Origin: a bacterium
Lineage (GTDB): Bacteria; Eisenbacteria; RBG-16-71-46
Direction of reading: 5' to 3'
Length of the DNA stretch: 52,974 bases
NCBI GenBank assembly: GCA_031360075.1
Contig: JANMAX010000221.1
Span: 1-52,974, forward strand
Shown: positions 35,877 through 45,252 of the stretch, one piece after another
Layout: the number at the start of each line of letters is the position of its first letter
How positions within the stretch are numbered: the first letter of the stretch is position 1
The notes under the pieces: model-generated
What the model was told of the DNA's origin: nothing
What the model saw: only the letters and a program-made list of their open reading frames with translations
Databases searched by the model: none
Made by a program: the position numbers and the translations under genes

Positions 35877-37031
35877 GTGATCGTTCGCAAGTTCCCCATC
35901 GAGCATCTCGATCCCATTTCCCTGCTGGGGCACAATGACTCGAACATCCGCCAGATCGAGCACGGCATCCCGGTGCGCATCACGCTGCGCGATGGCACGT
36001 TGAGCGTGGCCGGTGAGGAACCCGAGGTGAAGTCCGCGGTGCGCGTGCTCGAGGAGTTGGTCGAGCTGGCCGAGCGCGGCCGGGTCATCGAGGACGCCGA
36101 TGTCTCGACGGCGCTGGGACAAGTGCGGCGTGATGGCGTCAACGGTGTGGCGCCCGATGCCAACGGGCAGGCGAAGGGCCGGCTGGCCGAAGCCTACGAC
36201 GGCGCCCCGGGCTACACGTTCGACCGCAAGGCGGTGCGTCCGCGCACGCCGACGCAGGCGCTGTACTTGAAGGCACTCGAGCAGAACGAAGTCGTGTTCG
36301 GTATCGGACCCGCCGGCACCGGCAAGACCTATCTGGCCGTGGCGGCGGCGGTGGCCGCGCTGCGCGCCAAGAAGGTCGATCGCATCATCCTCGTGCGCCC
36401 CGCCGTCGAGGCGGGCGAGAACCTGGGCTTCCTCCCGGGCGACATGCAGGAGAAGGTCGATCCCTACCTGCGCCCCATGTACGACGCGCTCGCGGACCTC
36501 ATGTCGTACGACAAGATGCGCCGCTTCCTGGAGATGGGTGTCATCGAGATCGCGCCGCTGGCGTTCATGCGCGGCCGTACGCTGTCGAACGCCTATGTCA
36601 TCCTGGACGAGGCCCAGAACACCACCGTGCGCCAGATGAAGATGTTCCTGACCCGTCTGGGTTTGAACTCGCGCGCGGTCATCACCGGCGACCTGACGCA
36701 GATCGACCTGCGCACGCCCGACCAATCGGGCCTCGTGCGCATCCAGTCGATCCTCGGCCATGTGCCCGACATCAAGTTCGTGTACTTCCATCCCGAGGAC
36801 GTCGTCCGGCACCGCCTCGTGAAGGACATCATCCACGCGTTCGACATCTACCACGCCCGCGTTGAGTCGAAGTCCGATGACGGCATCGGGCCGTCGCTCG
36901 ATCCGCTCGCCAGCGCCATCAAGAACGAGATCGCCGAGGAAGCCTCGAAGCTGCACGCTCCGCTGCTGCCGGGCGAGAAGCCCGTGGGCGACAGCACGCC
37001 CGGTACGGGAACGGGCGGCACGCGCACTTGA
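35877..37031 (+). CDS. phoH: PhoH-family ATPase (YbeZ-like) with N-terminal KH-like region and a low-complexity C-terminal extension
   Basis: Walker A: [19 protein letters not shown]. PhoH core: ILVRPAVEAGENLGFLPGD, AFMRGRTLSNAYVILDEAQN, ITGDLTQIDL. Confidence 0.9.
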   Translation: MIVRKFPIEHLDPISLLGHNDSNIRQIEHGIPVRITLRDGTLSVAGEEPEVKSAVRVLEELVELAERGRVIEDADVSTALGQVRRDGVNGVAPDANGQAKGRLAEAYDGAPGYTFDRKAVRPRTPTQALYLKALEQNEVVFGIGPAGTGKTYLAVAAAVAALRAKKVDRIILVRPAVEAGENLGFLPGDMQEKVDPYLRPMYDALADLMSYDKMRRFLEMGVIEIAPLAFMRGRTLSNAYVILDEAQNTTVRQMKMFLTRLGLNSRAVITGDLTQIDLRTPDQSGLVRIQSILGHVPDIKFVYFHPEDVVRHRLVKDIIHAFDIYHARVESKSDDGIGPSLDPLASAIKNEIAEEASKLHAPLLPGEKPVGDSTPGTGTGGTRT

Positions 37032-37076
37032 TGCGCGCGCGCCCCGCGAACGCTTGAAGACTCCCGAGGACTCCAT

Positions 37077-39302
37077 TTGAGCACGCCTGACCTGCCGACC
37101 GCCGTTCCCGCGCTGCCCGACCGCGCCCGCACCGTGCGCTGGGGCTTCCACGCGGCACGACTGCTCATGGTGTCGGTGCTGCTGGCAGCCGCCGCGCTGC
37201 TGCCGACGGGTCAGGGTGTGCTGGACAAGTTGCGCTATCGCGAAGGCGACATCGCGCGCGAACGCGTGGTGGCGCCCGCGGACTTCCGCATCCAGAAGGA
37301 CGACATCACGCTGCGGCGCGAACAGGAAGAGGCCGCACTCGCCGTGCCTCCCGTGCTCGTGGTCGATCAACGCGCACGCACTGACGCGCTCGAACGCTGG
37401 TCGGCGTTCCAGAAGCGCGCGCTGGCGGTGATCTCGGACCCCGATGTCGGCCCGCGTGAGCGCGTCGAGAAACTGCGCCTGCTCGGCGTCCCGCTCGATG
37501 CCCCGGCGGCCGATGCGCTGTCCGCCCCGGGCCGCGCGCGCCGGGCGCTCACCGAGCTGGGCGGCTGGCTCAGCGAAGTGCTCGACGCCGGGGTCGTGAG
37601 CGAGAAGCGCAGCGGGCTCATCCTCGGCTACCGCAACGTCACGTTGCGGACGGGGGACACCGAGGCCACGACACCCGCGACGCAGTTCCTGGACCGGCGC
37701 GAGGCGCTCGAGCGCGTGGTGCGCCGCGCGCGCTCCGTGTTCGGTGCCGACACGCGCGGCGGGACTTTGGTTGAAGCGCTGGCTGGCCCGTTCGTGATCG
37801 CGAGCGTCACCTACGACCGGGCCGAGACCGAATGGCGGCGCAGCAACGCCAAGAGCGCGGTGCCGGACATGATCGGCATGGTCAAGAAGGACGAGCTCAT
37901 CGTGGACGCCAATGAGCGCGTCACGCACGAGGCCGTCCTGAAGCTGCGGTCCTTGCGCAACCTCGAGGCGGCGCGACGGTCGCAGACCGAGTACCTGTAT
38001 CCGCCGCTGGCGCGCATGCTGCTCATGCTGCTGTTCATCGCGGCGTTCATCACCTACCTGCGCATGGAGCTGCCCTGGGTGTATGGCGAGAACGGCATGC
38101 TGGCGATGTTCACCGTGCTCACGCTCGCCGTGCTGGGTTGTGTCGTCGCGATCGTCTCGGTGGCGGGCCTGTCCGAGTTCGCGGTGCCACTGGCACTGGC
38201 GCCACTGGTCGTGGCGTCGCTGATGGAGAAGCGCCCCGCGCTGGTGTTCACGCTCATGCTGTCGGTGCTGGTCATGGCGGTCGCCGAACTGCGTGCGCCG
38301 TTCGTGGCCGTCGCCATGATGGGGGGTGTCACGGCCGTCTACTCGGTGCAGCGCTTGCGCCACCGCTGGCACTTCGTGCGCGCGTTCTTCGCCATCGCGC
38401 TCGCCAATCTCGCCGCCATCCTGGCGTGGGACCTGGCGCGCAGCACGCCTGTTCCCGGCATGCTCAACGACGGCATGTGGGGCCTGCTGTCGGCGCTGTT
38501 CGCCACTGCAGTGGCGTTTGGCATCCTGCCGCTGGTCGAACAGGTGTTCCGGCTCACCAGCGATATCACGCTGCTCGAGCTCTCGGACTTGAACCGTCCG
38601 CTGCTGCGCCGCATGCAGCTCGAAGCGCCGGGCACCTACCACCACAGCATGGTCGTCGGCTCGCTGGCCGAGTCCGCCGCCGAGGCGATCGGCGCCAACT
38701 CGCTGCTGGCACGCGTGCAGGCCTACTATCACGACATCGGCAAGCTGGCGAAGCCCGAGTATTACGCGGAGAACGAGCCGGCCAGCTCGCGGTCGCGCCA
38801 CGAGAAGCTGACCCCGTCGATGAGCGCGCTGGTGGTGAAGTCGCACATCTCCGAGGGCCTCGACTTCGCGAAGAAAGTCCGGCTGCCGCGTGCCGTGCGC
38901 AATGCCATTCCCGAGCACCACGGCAGCATGGTCATGGCGTTTTTCTACCACAAAGCACTTGAGACCGATCCGACCGCGCGCCGCGAGGACTACAGTTATC
39001 CGGGCCCCCGGCCGCGTTCCAAGGAGACCGCCATCCTCATGCTGGCCGATGGCGTCGAGGGCGCCTCACGCGCGCTCGCCGAGCCGACGCCGAGCCGTAT
39101 CCGTGGGCTCGTGCAGCGCATCATCGAGGAGCGCGTGCGCGACGGGCAGCTGGACGAGGCCATGATCACCCTGCTGGACCTGGCGCGCATCCGCGAGGCG
39201 TTCATCCCGGTGCTCACCGCCATCTTCCACGTCCGCGCGCCCTACCCGGCGGCACCCAAGCGCGAGCCCAAGCGCGACTTCGACGCCCGCCGCGACAGCT
39301 GA
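37077..39302 (+). CDS. 7TM-HD (HDIG) membrane phosphohydrolase, PgpH/YqfF-like
   Basis: TTG start. N-terminal anchor plus extracytoplasmic domain, 7 TM segments, and a cytoplasmic HD domain (YHHSMVVG...YYHDIGK...IPEHHG). Usual partner of phoH and ybeY. Confidence 0.85.
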   Translation: MSTPDLPTAVPALPDRARTVRWGFHAARLLMVSVLLAAAALLPTGQGVLDKLRYREGDIARERVVAPADFRIQKDDITLRREQEEAALAVPPVLVVDQRARTDALERWSAFQKRALAVISDPDVGPRERVEKLRLLGVPLDAPAADALSAPGRARRALTELGGWLSEVLDAGVVSEKRSGLILGYRNVTLRTGDTEATTPATQFLDRREALERVVRRARSVFGADTRGGTLVEALAGPFVIASVTYDRAETEWRRSNAKSAVPDMIGMVKKDELIVDANERVTHEAVLKLRSLRNLEAARRSQTEYLYPPLARMLLMLLFIAAFITYLRMELPWVYGENGMLAMFTVLTLAVLGCVVAIVSVAGLSEFAVPLALAPLVVASLMEKRPALVFTLMLSVLVMAVAELRAPFVAVAMMGGVTAVYSVQRLRHRWHFVRAFFAIALANLAAILAWDLARSTPVPGMLNDGMWGLLSALFATAVAFGILPLVEQVFRLTSDITLLELSDLNRPLLRRMQLEAPGTYHHSMVVGSLAESAAEAIGANSLLARVQAYYHDIGKLAKPEYYAENEPASSRSRHEKLTPSMSALVVKSHISEGLDFAKKVRLPRAVRNAIPEHHGSMVMAFFYHKALETDPTARREDYSYPGPRPRSKETAILMLADGVEGASRALAEPTPSRIRGLVQRIIEERVRDGQLDEAMITLLDLARIREAFIPVLTAIFHVRAPYPAAPKREPKRDFDARRDS

Positions 39303-39412
39303 GTGGCGTGGCGCACGCGCGCCGTCACCACGAGCGCGGCCACCATCCGTGAAGACGGTGGCCGATCTGCCGGGTCCGTGCCGCGGCGCCGTGACGGGCG
39401 CGCGATGTGCCG

Positions 39413-40699
39413 TCAGCCCGCCGTCCTCTTGCCGAAGTCGTCTTCGAGCGGGATGCGCATCGCGAAGATGAAGCTCGGGATGGTGGCGAAGATGACCCAC
39501 AGGAAGAAGTGCTTGTAGCCGATATGGTCCTGCAGCCATCCGCTCCACATGCCGGGGAACATCATGCCCATGGCCATGAAGCCGGTGCAGATGGCGTAGT
39601 GCGCCGTCTGATGCTCGCCGCGCGAGATGTGCATCATGTAGAGCAGGAACGCCGTGAGCCCGAAGCCGTAGCCGAACTGCTCGACCGCGATGCAGGCCTG
39701 CACGATCCAGATGTTCGTGGGCTGCGCGTAGGCCAGGTAGATGAACGCCGCGTCCGGCAGGTGGATCGCGAGCAGCATGGGCCACAGCCACTTCTTCAGG
39801 CCGTCGCGGGACGCGACGACACCGCCCGAGATGCCGCCCAGCACGAGCGCGATGATGCCCACGGTGCCATAGACGAATCCGACCTGTTCGGTGCTGAGCG
39901 CCAGGCCGCCGACGTCGCGCGGGTCCAGAAGGAATGGCGACACCAGCTTCACGAGCTGCGCTTCACCGAAGCGGTACAACAGCAGGAACCCGAGCAGCAC
40001 GCCGATGCCGGGCTTGCGGAAGAACGAGCCGAACGTGGCGAGGAACTCACGCACGAACTCGGGGGCGCGCCGCGCGTCCCCGGGCTTGTCGACCGCCGGT
40101 TTCGGCAGCGACCAGGCATGCCAGGCGCCGAACAGCAGCAGCAGGCCCGCGAGCGCCGCCATGGCCACGGACCAGGCATGGTGAACGTCGCCCGTCCGCG
40201 TCTGGATACGACCCGCGAGCATGACGACCAGGCCCTGCCCCGCGATGTTGGCGATGCGGTAGAACATGCTGCGCACGCCCACGTACAGCGCCTGCTCCTT
40301 GGGGGTGGTCGCCAGCATGTAGAAGCCGTCGGCGGCGATGTCGTGCGTGGCGCTGCTGAACGCCATGAGCCAGAACAGCACCAGCGACCACTGGAACGCC
40401 TGCGGTAGCGGTGCGGTCAGCGCCACACCAGCCAGGGCGGCGCCGATCAGGAACTGCATGGTCCAGATCCAACGCCGGCGAGTGCCGAGCAGGTCCACGA
40501 CCGGCGACCACAGGGGCTTGATCACCCACGGCAGGTAGAGCCAGCTCGTGTAGAGCGCGATGTCCGTGTTCGAGACCCCGAAGCCCTTGTACATGATGAC
40601 CGAGACGGTCATCACGACGACGTAGGGCAGGCCCTCGGCGAGGTAGAGCGAGGGGATCCAGGTCAGGGGATGGCGGGACTTGGTGGTGCCGTCGTTCAT
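39413..40699 (-). CDS. ampG: AmpG-family MFS permease (muropeptide transporter type)
   Basis: N-terminal WIPSLYLAEGLPYVVVMTVSVIMYKGFGVSNTDIALYTSWLYLPWVIKPLWSPVVD. About 12-14 TM segments. GGAGG lies upstream of the ATG. Confidence 0.85.
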   Translation of the reverse strand: MNDGTTKSRHPLTWIPSLYLAEGLPYVVVMTVSVIMYKGFGVSNTDIALYTSWLYLPWVIKPLWSPVVDLLGTRRRWIWTMQFLIGAALAGVALTAPLPQAFQWSLVLFWLMAFSSATHDIAADGFYMLATTPKEQALYVGVRSMFYRIANIAGQGLVVMLAGRIQTRTGDVHHAWSVAMAALAGLLLLFGAWHAWSLPKPAVDKPGDARRAPEFVREFLATFGSFFRKPGIGVLLGFLLLYRFGEAQLVKLVSPFLLDPRDVGGLALSTEQVGFVYGTVGIIALVLGGISGGVVASRDGLKKWLWPMLLAIHLPDAAFIYLAYAQPTNIWIVQACIAVEQFGYGFGLTAFLLYMMHISRGEHQTAHYAICTGFMAMGMMFPGMWSGWLQDHIGYKHFFLWVIFATIPSFIFAMRIPLEDDFGKRTAG

Positions 40700-40857
40700 C
40701 GTTCCACACCTCCGTGTGTGGGGAACCGGGACTACCGTGGCTGATTCCGTTTAGCACGCTCTGGAGACAGGCGGCAAGCGCGTTCCGGCTGGCCGTGCCG
40801 TGAAGGCCGGCCGGCCCGCCCCTGCCGGTCGGGATGGGCACGTCGTTCCAGGCTCTG

Positions 40858-41036
40858 CCCGGCCCGAGCCGAACGACGGTTCACACCGGCCCGGCCGGAG
40901 CTGCGCGACGGTTCACACCGGCCCGGCCCGAGCCGAACGACGGTTCTCACCGGCCCGGCCCGAGCCGAACGACGGTTCACACCGGCCCGGCCCGAGCCGA
41001 ACGACGGTTCACACCGGCCCGGCCGGAGGCCGGGCC
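40858..41036. repeat. tandem repeat, 5 x 32 bp, ending in a 9-bp GC hairpin
   Basis: GACGGTTC(A/T)CACCGGCCCGGCC recurs at 40875, 40907, 40939, 40971 and 41003, exactly 32 bp apart. Unit 2 is divergent in its first half. The terminal hairpin is GGCCCGGCC-gga-GGCCGGGCC (41016-41036). Lies in the divergent ampG / ybeY intergenic region. Confidence 0.85.
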
Positions 41037-41072
41037 CCTCAATAGTTGTCGGCAGGCCGTGCAGCGGAGACA

Positions 41073-41693
41073 ATGCCCCTCATGCCCATCTCCATCACCA
41101 CCCCGCGCGGTCTCCAGCGCCTCGGCCCCATCCTGCGCACGCTCGTCACCCAGGTCCTGCGGGGCGAAGGCCGGCGCGTCGGTGAGATCGCGGTCGTGCT
41201 CGACGATGACGACCTGTTGCGCCAGATCAACTGCGACTGGCGTGGCATCGACCGCGCCACCGACGTCATCAGCTTCGCCTACGACGAACGCGAACCCGAC
41301 GCCACGAAGCTCGCAGTGCGCGGCGATGTGCTGGTGTCCATGGACCGAGTGGCCGCCCAGGCCAGACGCTTCCGGGTCACGCCCGGCACCGAACTGGCGC
41401 GACTCGTGGTGCATGGCGCGCTGCACCTGTGCGGGCACGATCACCTGAAGCCAGGCGAACGGAAGCTCATGCGGGCGCGTGAGGCCTCGGGGCTCCGGAC
41501 GGCGAAGCCTGCCGCGCGCGCGCTCGACGCGGTGCTGGCGCGGCAAGTTCCGGCGAACCCGGCCGTGCCTGCCCGCAGCGCGAAGCCGAGGTCCGCGCGC
41601 GCGACGGCGCCGAAGCCGGCACGCAAGCCGGTCACAAGTCGTGCTGCCAAGCCGGCCGCGAAACTCATCGCCAAACGCCGGAAGCGCGCATGA
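41073..41693 (+). CDS. ybeY: rRNA maturation endoribonuclease YbeY with a Lys/Ala/Pro/Arg-rich C-terminal tail
   Basis: Zinc motif: HGALHLCGHDH. Contains DVISFAYDE. Start is 41073 or 41082. A ~70-aa basic tail follows the core (AKPAARA..SAKPRSARATAPKPARKPVTSRAAKPAAKLIAKRRKRA). Confidence 0.85.
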   Translation: MPLMPISITTPRGLQRLGPILRTLVTQVLRGEGRRVGEIAVVLDDDDLLRQINCDWRGIDRATDVISFAYDEREPDATKLAVRGDVLVSMDRVAAQARRFRVTPGTELARLVVHGALHLCGHDHLKPGERKLMRAREASGLRTAKPAARALDAVLARQVPANPAVPARSAKPRSARATAPKPARKPVTSRAAKPAAKLIAKRRKRA

Positions 41694-42316
41694 CCACGCG
41701 CGTGCGGCCCGCGCTGACCGCACTCGGCCTGCTGGCATGCTTGTGCACGTCACACGCGCTCGCCGCCTGCCCGCCGCCTGAGCTGCTCCTGCAGGGTGTG
41801 CGCTCGGCCAGCCGCATCCAGGTGGAACAACTGGCGGGCGACGACACCCGTCTCGACACGCCGCTCGCGCACGCGCCCGGCCGTACACTCGGCTACGAAG
41901 TGCAGGGTCTGTTCCGCGTCAGCGGTCCAGTCGCCGAGGCACTACAGCGTGCGTTCGGTCGCCGTGACTCCTACGCCTGCGGGGATGCGCCACGCGCCAG
42001 CGTGCGGACGCCGGGGGCGCTCGCCGTCGGCATGCTGTTCGCCTCCGGACGCACGGCCGTCGCCGTCGTGCTGCACCTGCCCGGGGGCCAGGTGGAGCTC
42101 CAACTCGAGGGGGGAGCGCACACCATGGCGCCACTGTCGCAGGCCGGGCAGCGGCGCTGGGAAGAAGCGCTGATCCTGCTGGCGCGCGAGACGCGCACGA
42201 GCCCGGCGGAGTTCTACGAACAGATGCTGCCGCCGCGGCGTGTCATCCCGGTGGCCGAGCATGCACCGGATGATTCCGCGGCCGGCCGACGTGACGAGCC
42301 GCAGCCGCCACGGTAG
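41690..42316 (+). CDS. hypothetical secreted/lipoprotein-like protein
   Basis: ATGA overlap with ybeY. Signal peptide with Cys: LTALGLLACLCTSHALAAC. No recognisable family. Confidence 0.5.
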   Translation: MTTRVRPALTALGLLACLCTSHALAACPPPELLLQGVRSASRIQVEQLAGDDTRLDTPLAHAPGRTLGYEVQGLFRVSGPVAEALQRAFGRRDSYACGDAPRASVRTPGALAVGMLFASGRTAVAVVLHLPGGQVELQLEGGAHTMAPLSQAGQRRWEEALILLARETRTSPAEFYEQMLPPRRVIPVAEHAPDDSAAGRRDEPQPPR

Positions 42317-42328
42317 AGTGCGCTCGCC

Positions 42329-42991
42329 ATGACTCCCACCCCCAAGACCGACAACGACCGTTCGTTCTTCCATCGCGTCCGCGCCTGGTTCCTCACCGGG
42401 CTCCTGGTGCTGGCGCCTTCGGCGGTCACGATCTGGGTGCTGTTCCGCCTGCTCAACTGGGTGGACAACCTGCTCGGGCAGTACTTCCTCTTCGCCGCAC
42501 TCGACTATCACCGCATCCCCGGCATCGGTCTGGTCGCCACGGGCCTGCTGCTGCTGATCGTCGGTTTCGTCGCGACGCTGGTGGGGCAGGGCCCGCTGTC
42601 GCGCATGTGGGACCGGTTGCTGCTGCGCATCCCGGGCGTCGGCATCGTCTACGGCTCGACCAAGTCGCTGGGGGAGGCGTTCCTGAACCAGAAGGAAGAG
42701 ACGTTCCGCCAGGTGGTGCTGGTGCAATGGCCGCATCCCGGCATCTGGCGCGTCGGCTTCCTCACGGGCCATGTCTCGCCGCATATCAAGGAGCGCATCG
42801 GCGAAGACGTCTCGTGCGTGTTCCTGCCGCATACGCCCAACCCCGCCTCGGGCTTCGTGCACTACGTGCCCAAGAAGGACCTGGTCACACTCGACTGGGC
42901 GGTGGAGGACGGTCTCAAGGTGATCGTCTCGGGCGGTGTGGTGCAGCCTGGCATGGAGCCACCCGCCGCGTCGACGTCAGCGTCGCGCTGA
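42329..42991 (+). CDS. DUF502-family membrane protein
   Basis: FFHRVRAWFLTGLLVLAPSAVTIWVLFRLLNWVDNLL, a second TM segment, then IPGVGIVYGSTKSL and P..NPASGF, all typical of DUF502. Confidence 0.8.
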   Translation: MTPTPKTDNDRSFFHRVRAWFLTGLLVLAPSAVTIWVLFRLLNWVDNLLGQYFLFAALDYHRIPGIGLVATGLLLLIVGFVATLVGQGPLSRMWDRLLLRIPGVGIVYGSTKSLGEAFLNQKEETFRQVVLVQWPHPGIWRVGFLTGHVSPHIKERIGEDVSCVFLPHTPNPASGFVHYVPKKDLVTLDWAVEDGLKVIVSGGVVQPGMEPPAASTSASR

Positions 42992-43022
42992 GTCCGCGCC
43001 GGCGAGTCGCCGCGCCCCCACC

Positions 43023-44129
43023 ATGGCGCTGATCACCTGCGAAGGCATCGTGTTGAAGACCCACGCGCTCGGCGATACCAGCCGCATCGTGACGGTCTAC
43101 ACATGCGACCACGGCTTGCGGAAGTTCGTCGCCAAGGGGGCGCGCAAGCTCCCGAGCCGGTTCGGCTACGCGCTCGAGCCGCTGTCGCGCTCGCGCTTCG
43201 TGTTCTATCTCAAGCCCGACCGCGACCTGCACCTGTTGTCGAAGGCCGAGGTGCTCGACCCGCTGGGCTCGCGGCTCGCCGACCTGTCACGGCTCGCGCA
43301 TGCACAGGCCTCGCTCGAACTCGTCGACCGCTTGGTGTGGGGCGAGGAACCTCATCCCAAGTTGTTCGCGCTGCTGGTGCAGGCGCTCGATGGTTGCACG
43401 CGTGCTCCGGTCGCGACGCTGTCGGCGGTCACGCTGGCATTCCAGCTGCAGCTGGCGAGCGAGCTGGGTTACCGGCCGCGTCTCGATCGCTGTGCGATCG
43501 ATGGCCGCCCGGTGTCGCAGCGGCGCGCGTTCTCGCCGTCACGCGGCGGGCTGTTGTGCGATGGCTGTGCCACGCGTGAGGGCGGCGTGGTGTTCCTGAG
43601 CCCCGAAGCACTGGGGTCGCTGTCGCTGCTGCTGTCGCGGCCCATGCTCGAGGCCGGCGACTTCATCGAATTGCCGCGCGCGGGCGAGCTCCTGCGCGTC
43701 ATCGAGGATTTCTTCCGCACGCACTTCCAGCGTTTCCAGGGACTGCGCTCGCTCGACATGCTGCGCGGCCTCGATGGCCCCGCGCCGCCGCCGCGTGCCG
43801 ACCGGGAGCCGGCCATGAAACTGCCGGCCTACGTGCTGCCGACCGACGTGCAGCTGCCGGCGGTGGCCGAGGGCCAAACGCCGGCTGGTGTTACGGCGTC
43901 AGCCCCGGAGGGGTCGCGGCCTGCGTTGTCGGCGTCTGCCGCGCCGCTGCTGCCGCCCTTGGCACCTTTTGCACCCTTACCAGCTGCGCCGTGCTTGCCA
44001 CCCGCGCTGCCCTTGCCGCCCTTACCACCTTTAGCACCCTTACCACCCGCGCTGCCCTTGCCACCCGCGCTGCCCCTACCATCTGCGCTGCCCTTACCAT
44101 CTGCGTTGCCCGCGCCAGACGGCGCCTGA
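43023..44129 (+). CDS. recO: DNA repair protein RecO with a ~120-aa Pro/Ala/Leu-rich repetitive C-terminal extension
   Basis: ORF 42936..44129; Met 30 is taken as the start. OB fold: [27 protein letters not shown]. Zinc-finger region: CAIDGRPV...LLCDGC. The conserved RecO body ends near 43770. The tail contains 18-bp repeats (LPLPSA / LPLPPA). Confidence 0.78.
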   Translation: MALITCEGIVLKTHALGDTSRIVTVYTCDHGLRKFVAKGARKLPSRFGYALEPLSRSRFVFYLKPDRDLHLLSKAEVLDPLGSRLADLSRLAHAQASLELVDRLVWGEEPHPKLFALLVQALDGCTRAPVATLSAVTLAFQLQLASELGYRPRLDRCAIDGRPVSQRRAFSPSRGGLLCDGCATREGGVVFLSPEALGSLSLLLSRPMLEAGDFIELPRAGELLRVIEDFFRTHFQRFQGLRSLDMLRGLDGPAPPPRADREPAMKLPAYVLPTDVQLPAVAEGQTPAGVTASAPEGSRPALSASAAPLLPPLAPFAPLPAAPCLPPALPLPPLPPLAPLPPALPLPPALPLPSALPLPSALPAPDGA

Positions 44130-44262
44130 TCGCATGCTCGCATCCGCGTCACGGGCGCCAGCCGGCACCGGGCACGCGCGACTGGCGAGCACTCGCACAC
44201 CCGCTTACAATCGCGCGCTCTTTCCCTCACTCCACGTCCCAAGCTCTCGGAGCCGTGCCGCC

Positions 44263-45252
44263 ATGTCCGCTTCCGATCCGCGCCGCTCGCTGCAGCACAT
44301 GATCCTGGCGCTCGAGACTTTCTGGGCCGAGCGCGGCTGCGTCATCCAGCAGCCGTATTCGTCCGAGGTCGGTGCGGGCACGTTCAACCCGGCGTCGTTC
44401 CTGCGTTCATTGGGCCCCGAGCCATGGCGCGTCGCGTATGTGGAACCGTCGCGCCGTCCGAAGGACGGGCGGTATGGCGAGAACCCCAATCGTTTCCAGC
44501 AGTTCTTCCAGTATCAAGTGCTGCTGAAGCCGGCGCCGAGCGATGTGGTGGATGCCTACTTCCAGTCGCTCGCCGCCATGGGCCTGGATCCGCTGCAGCA
44601 CGACCTGCGCCTTGTCGAGGACGACTGGGAGAGCCCGACGCTGGGTGCGGCCGGTCTGGGCTGGCAGGTGTGGTGCGACGGCACTGAGATCTCGCAATTC
44701 ACGTACTTCCAGCAGTGCGGTGGCCTGGACCTGCCGGTGGTGTCGGCCGAACTCACGTATGGACTCGATCGTATCGGCATGATGCTGCAGGGCACCGACC
44801 GCGTACAGGACCTGCTGTGGGCGCCCGGTGTGACGTGGGGCGACCTATGGGTGCGCAACGAGTGGGAGTGGTCGCACTATAACTTCGAGGAAGCACCGGT
44901 GCCGGAGCTGTTCGAGATGTTCAGGATCTGGGAGTCCGAGGCCGACCGGCTGCTGGACCTGAAGCTCGTGAACCCCGGCTACGACGCGGTCATCAAGTGC
45001 TCGCACACGTTCAACCTGCTGGACGCGCGCGGCGCGATCTCAGTGAGCGAACGCGTCGGCTACATCGGCCGGGTGCGCCGCATCGCACGCAAGGCGGCAC
45101 AGGCGTACGCGCATCTGCGCGCCGAGCTCGGGTACCCGCTCATCAAGGACGAGGCCGAACGCCAGCGCTGGCTCGCGATCCGTGCCGAAGCGCTGGCCAA
45201 ACAAGCATCGCGGCCAGCGGCCACGAAGGCTCGCAAGGAGGCCATCCAGTGA
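44263..45252 (+). CDS. glyQ: glycine--tRNA ligase alpha subunit
   Basis: ORF 44134..45252; Met 44 is taken as the start. Contains [40 protein letters not shown] and QFTYFQQ. Confidence 0.92.
   Translation: MSASDPRRSLQHMILALETFWAERGCVIQQPYSSEVGAGTFNPASFLRSLGPEPWRVAYVEPSRRPKDGRYGENPNRFQQFFQYQVLLKPAPSDVVDAYFQSLAAMGLDPLQHDLRLVEDDWESPTLGAAGLGWQVWCDGTEISQFTYFQQCGGLDLPVVSAELTYGLDRIGMMLQGTDRVQDLLWAPGVTWGDLWVRNEWEWSHYNFEEAPVPELFEMFRIWESEADRLLDLKLVNPGYDAVIKCSHTFNLLDARGAISVSERVGYIGRVRRIARKAAQAYAHLRAELGYPLIKDEAERQRWLAIRAEALAKQASRPAATKARKEAIQ

Noticed and set aside
35856-38951. 1031-aa ORF on the minus strand, antisense to phoH and the 7TM-HD gene. It is the longest ORF in the track.
   Set aside because: Same reasoning. 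The sense strand carries clear Walker A/PhoH and HD-domain motifs. The antisense product is Arg/His/Gln/Ala-rich with no recognisable domain.
40858-41036. Possible CRISPR array (regular 32-bp periodicity).
   Set aside because: The repeats are directly abutting with no unique spacers. No cas genes are in the window. It is a plain tandem repeat.
43829-44242. Gly/Lys-rich 137-aa minus-strand ORF (GKGSADGKGSAG...) opposite the RecO tail and the glyQ leader.
   Set aside because: It is a mirror image of the 18-bp repeat. It has no convincing start or Shine-Dalgarno sequence. The + frame has higher GC3 in the flanking non-repetitive part. It is kept only as a caveat in the RecO-tail finding.
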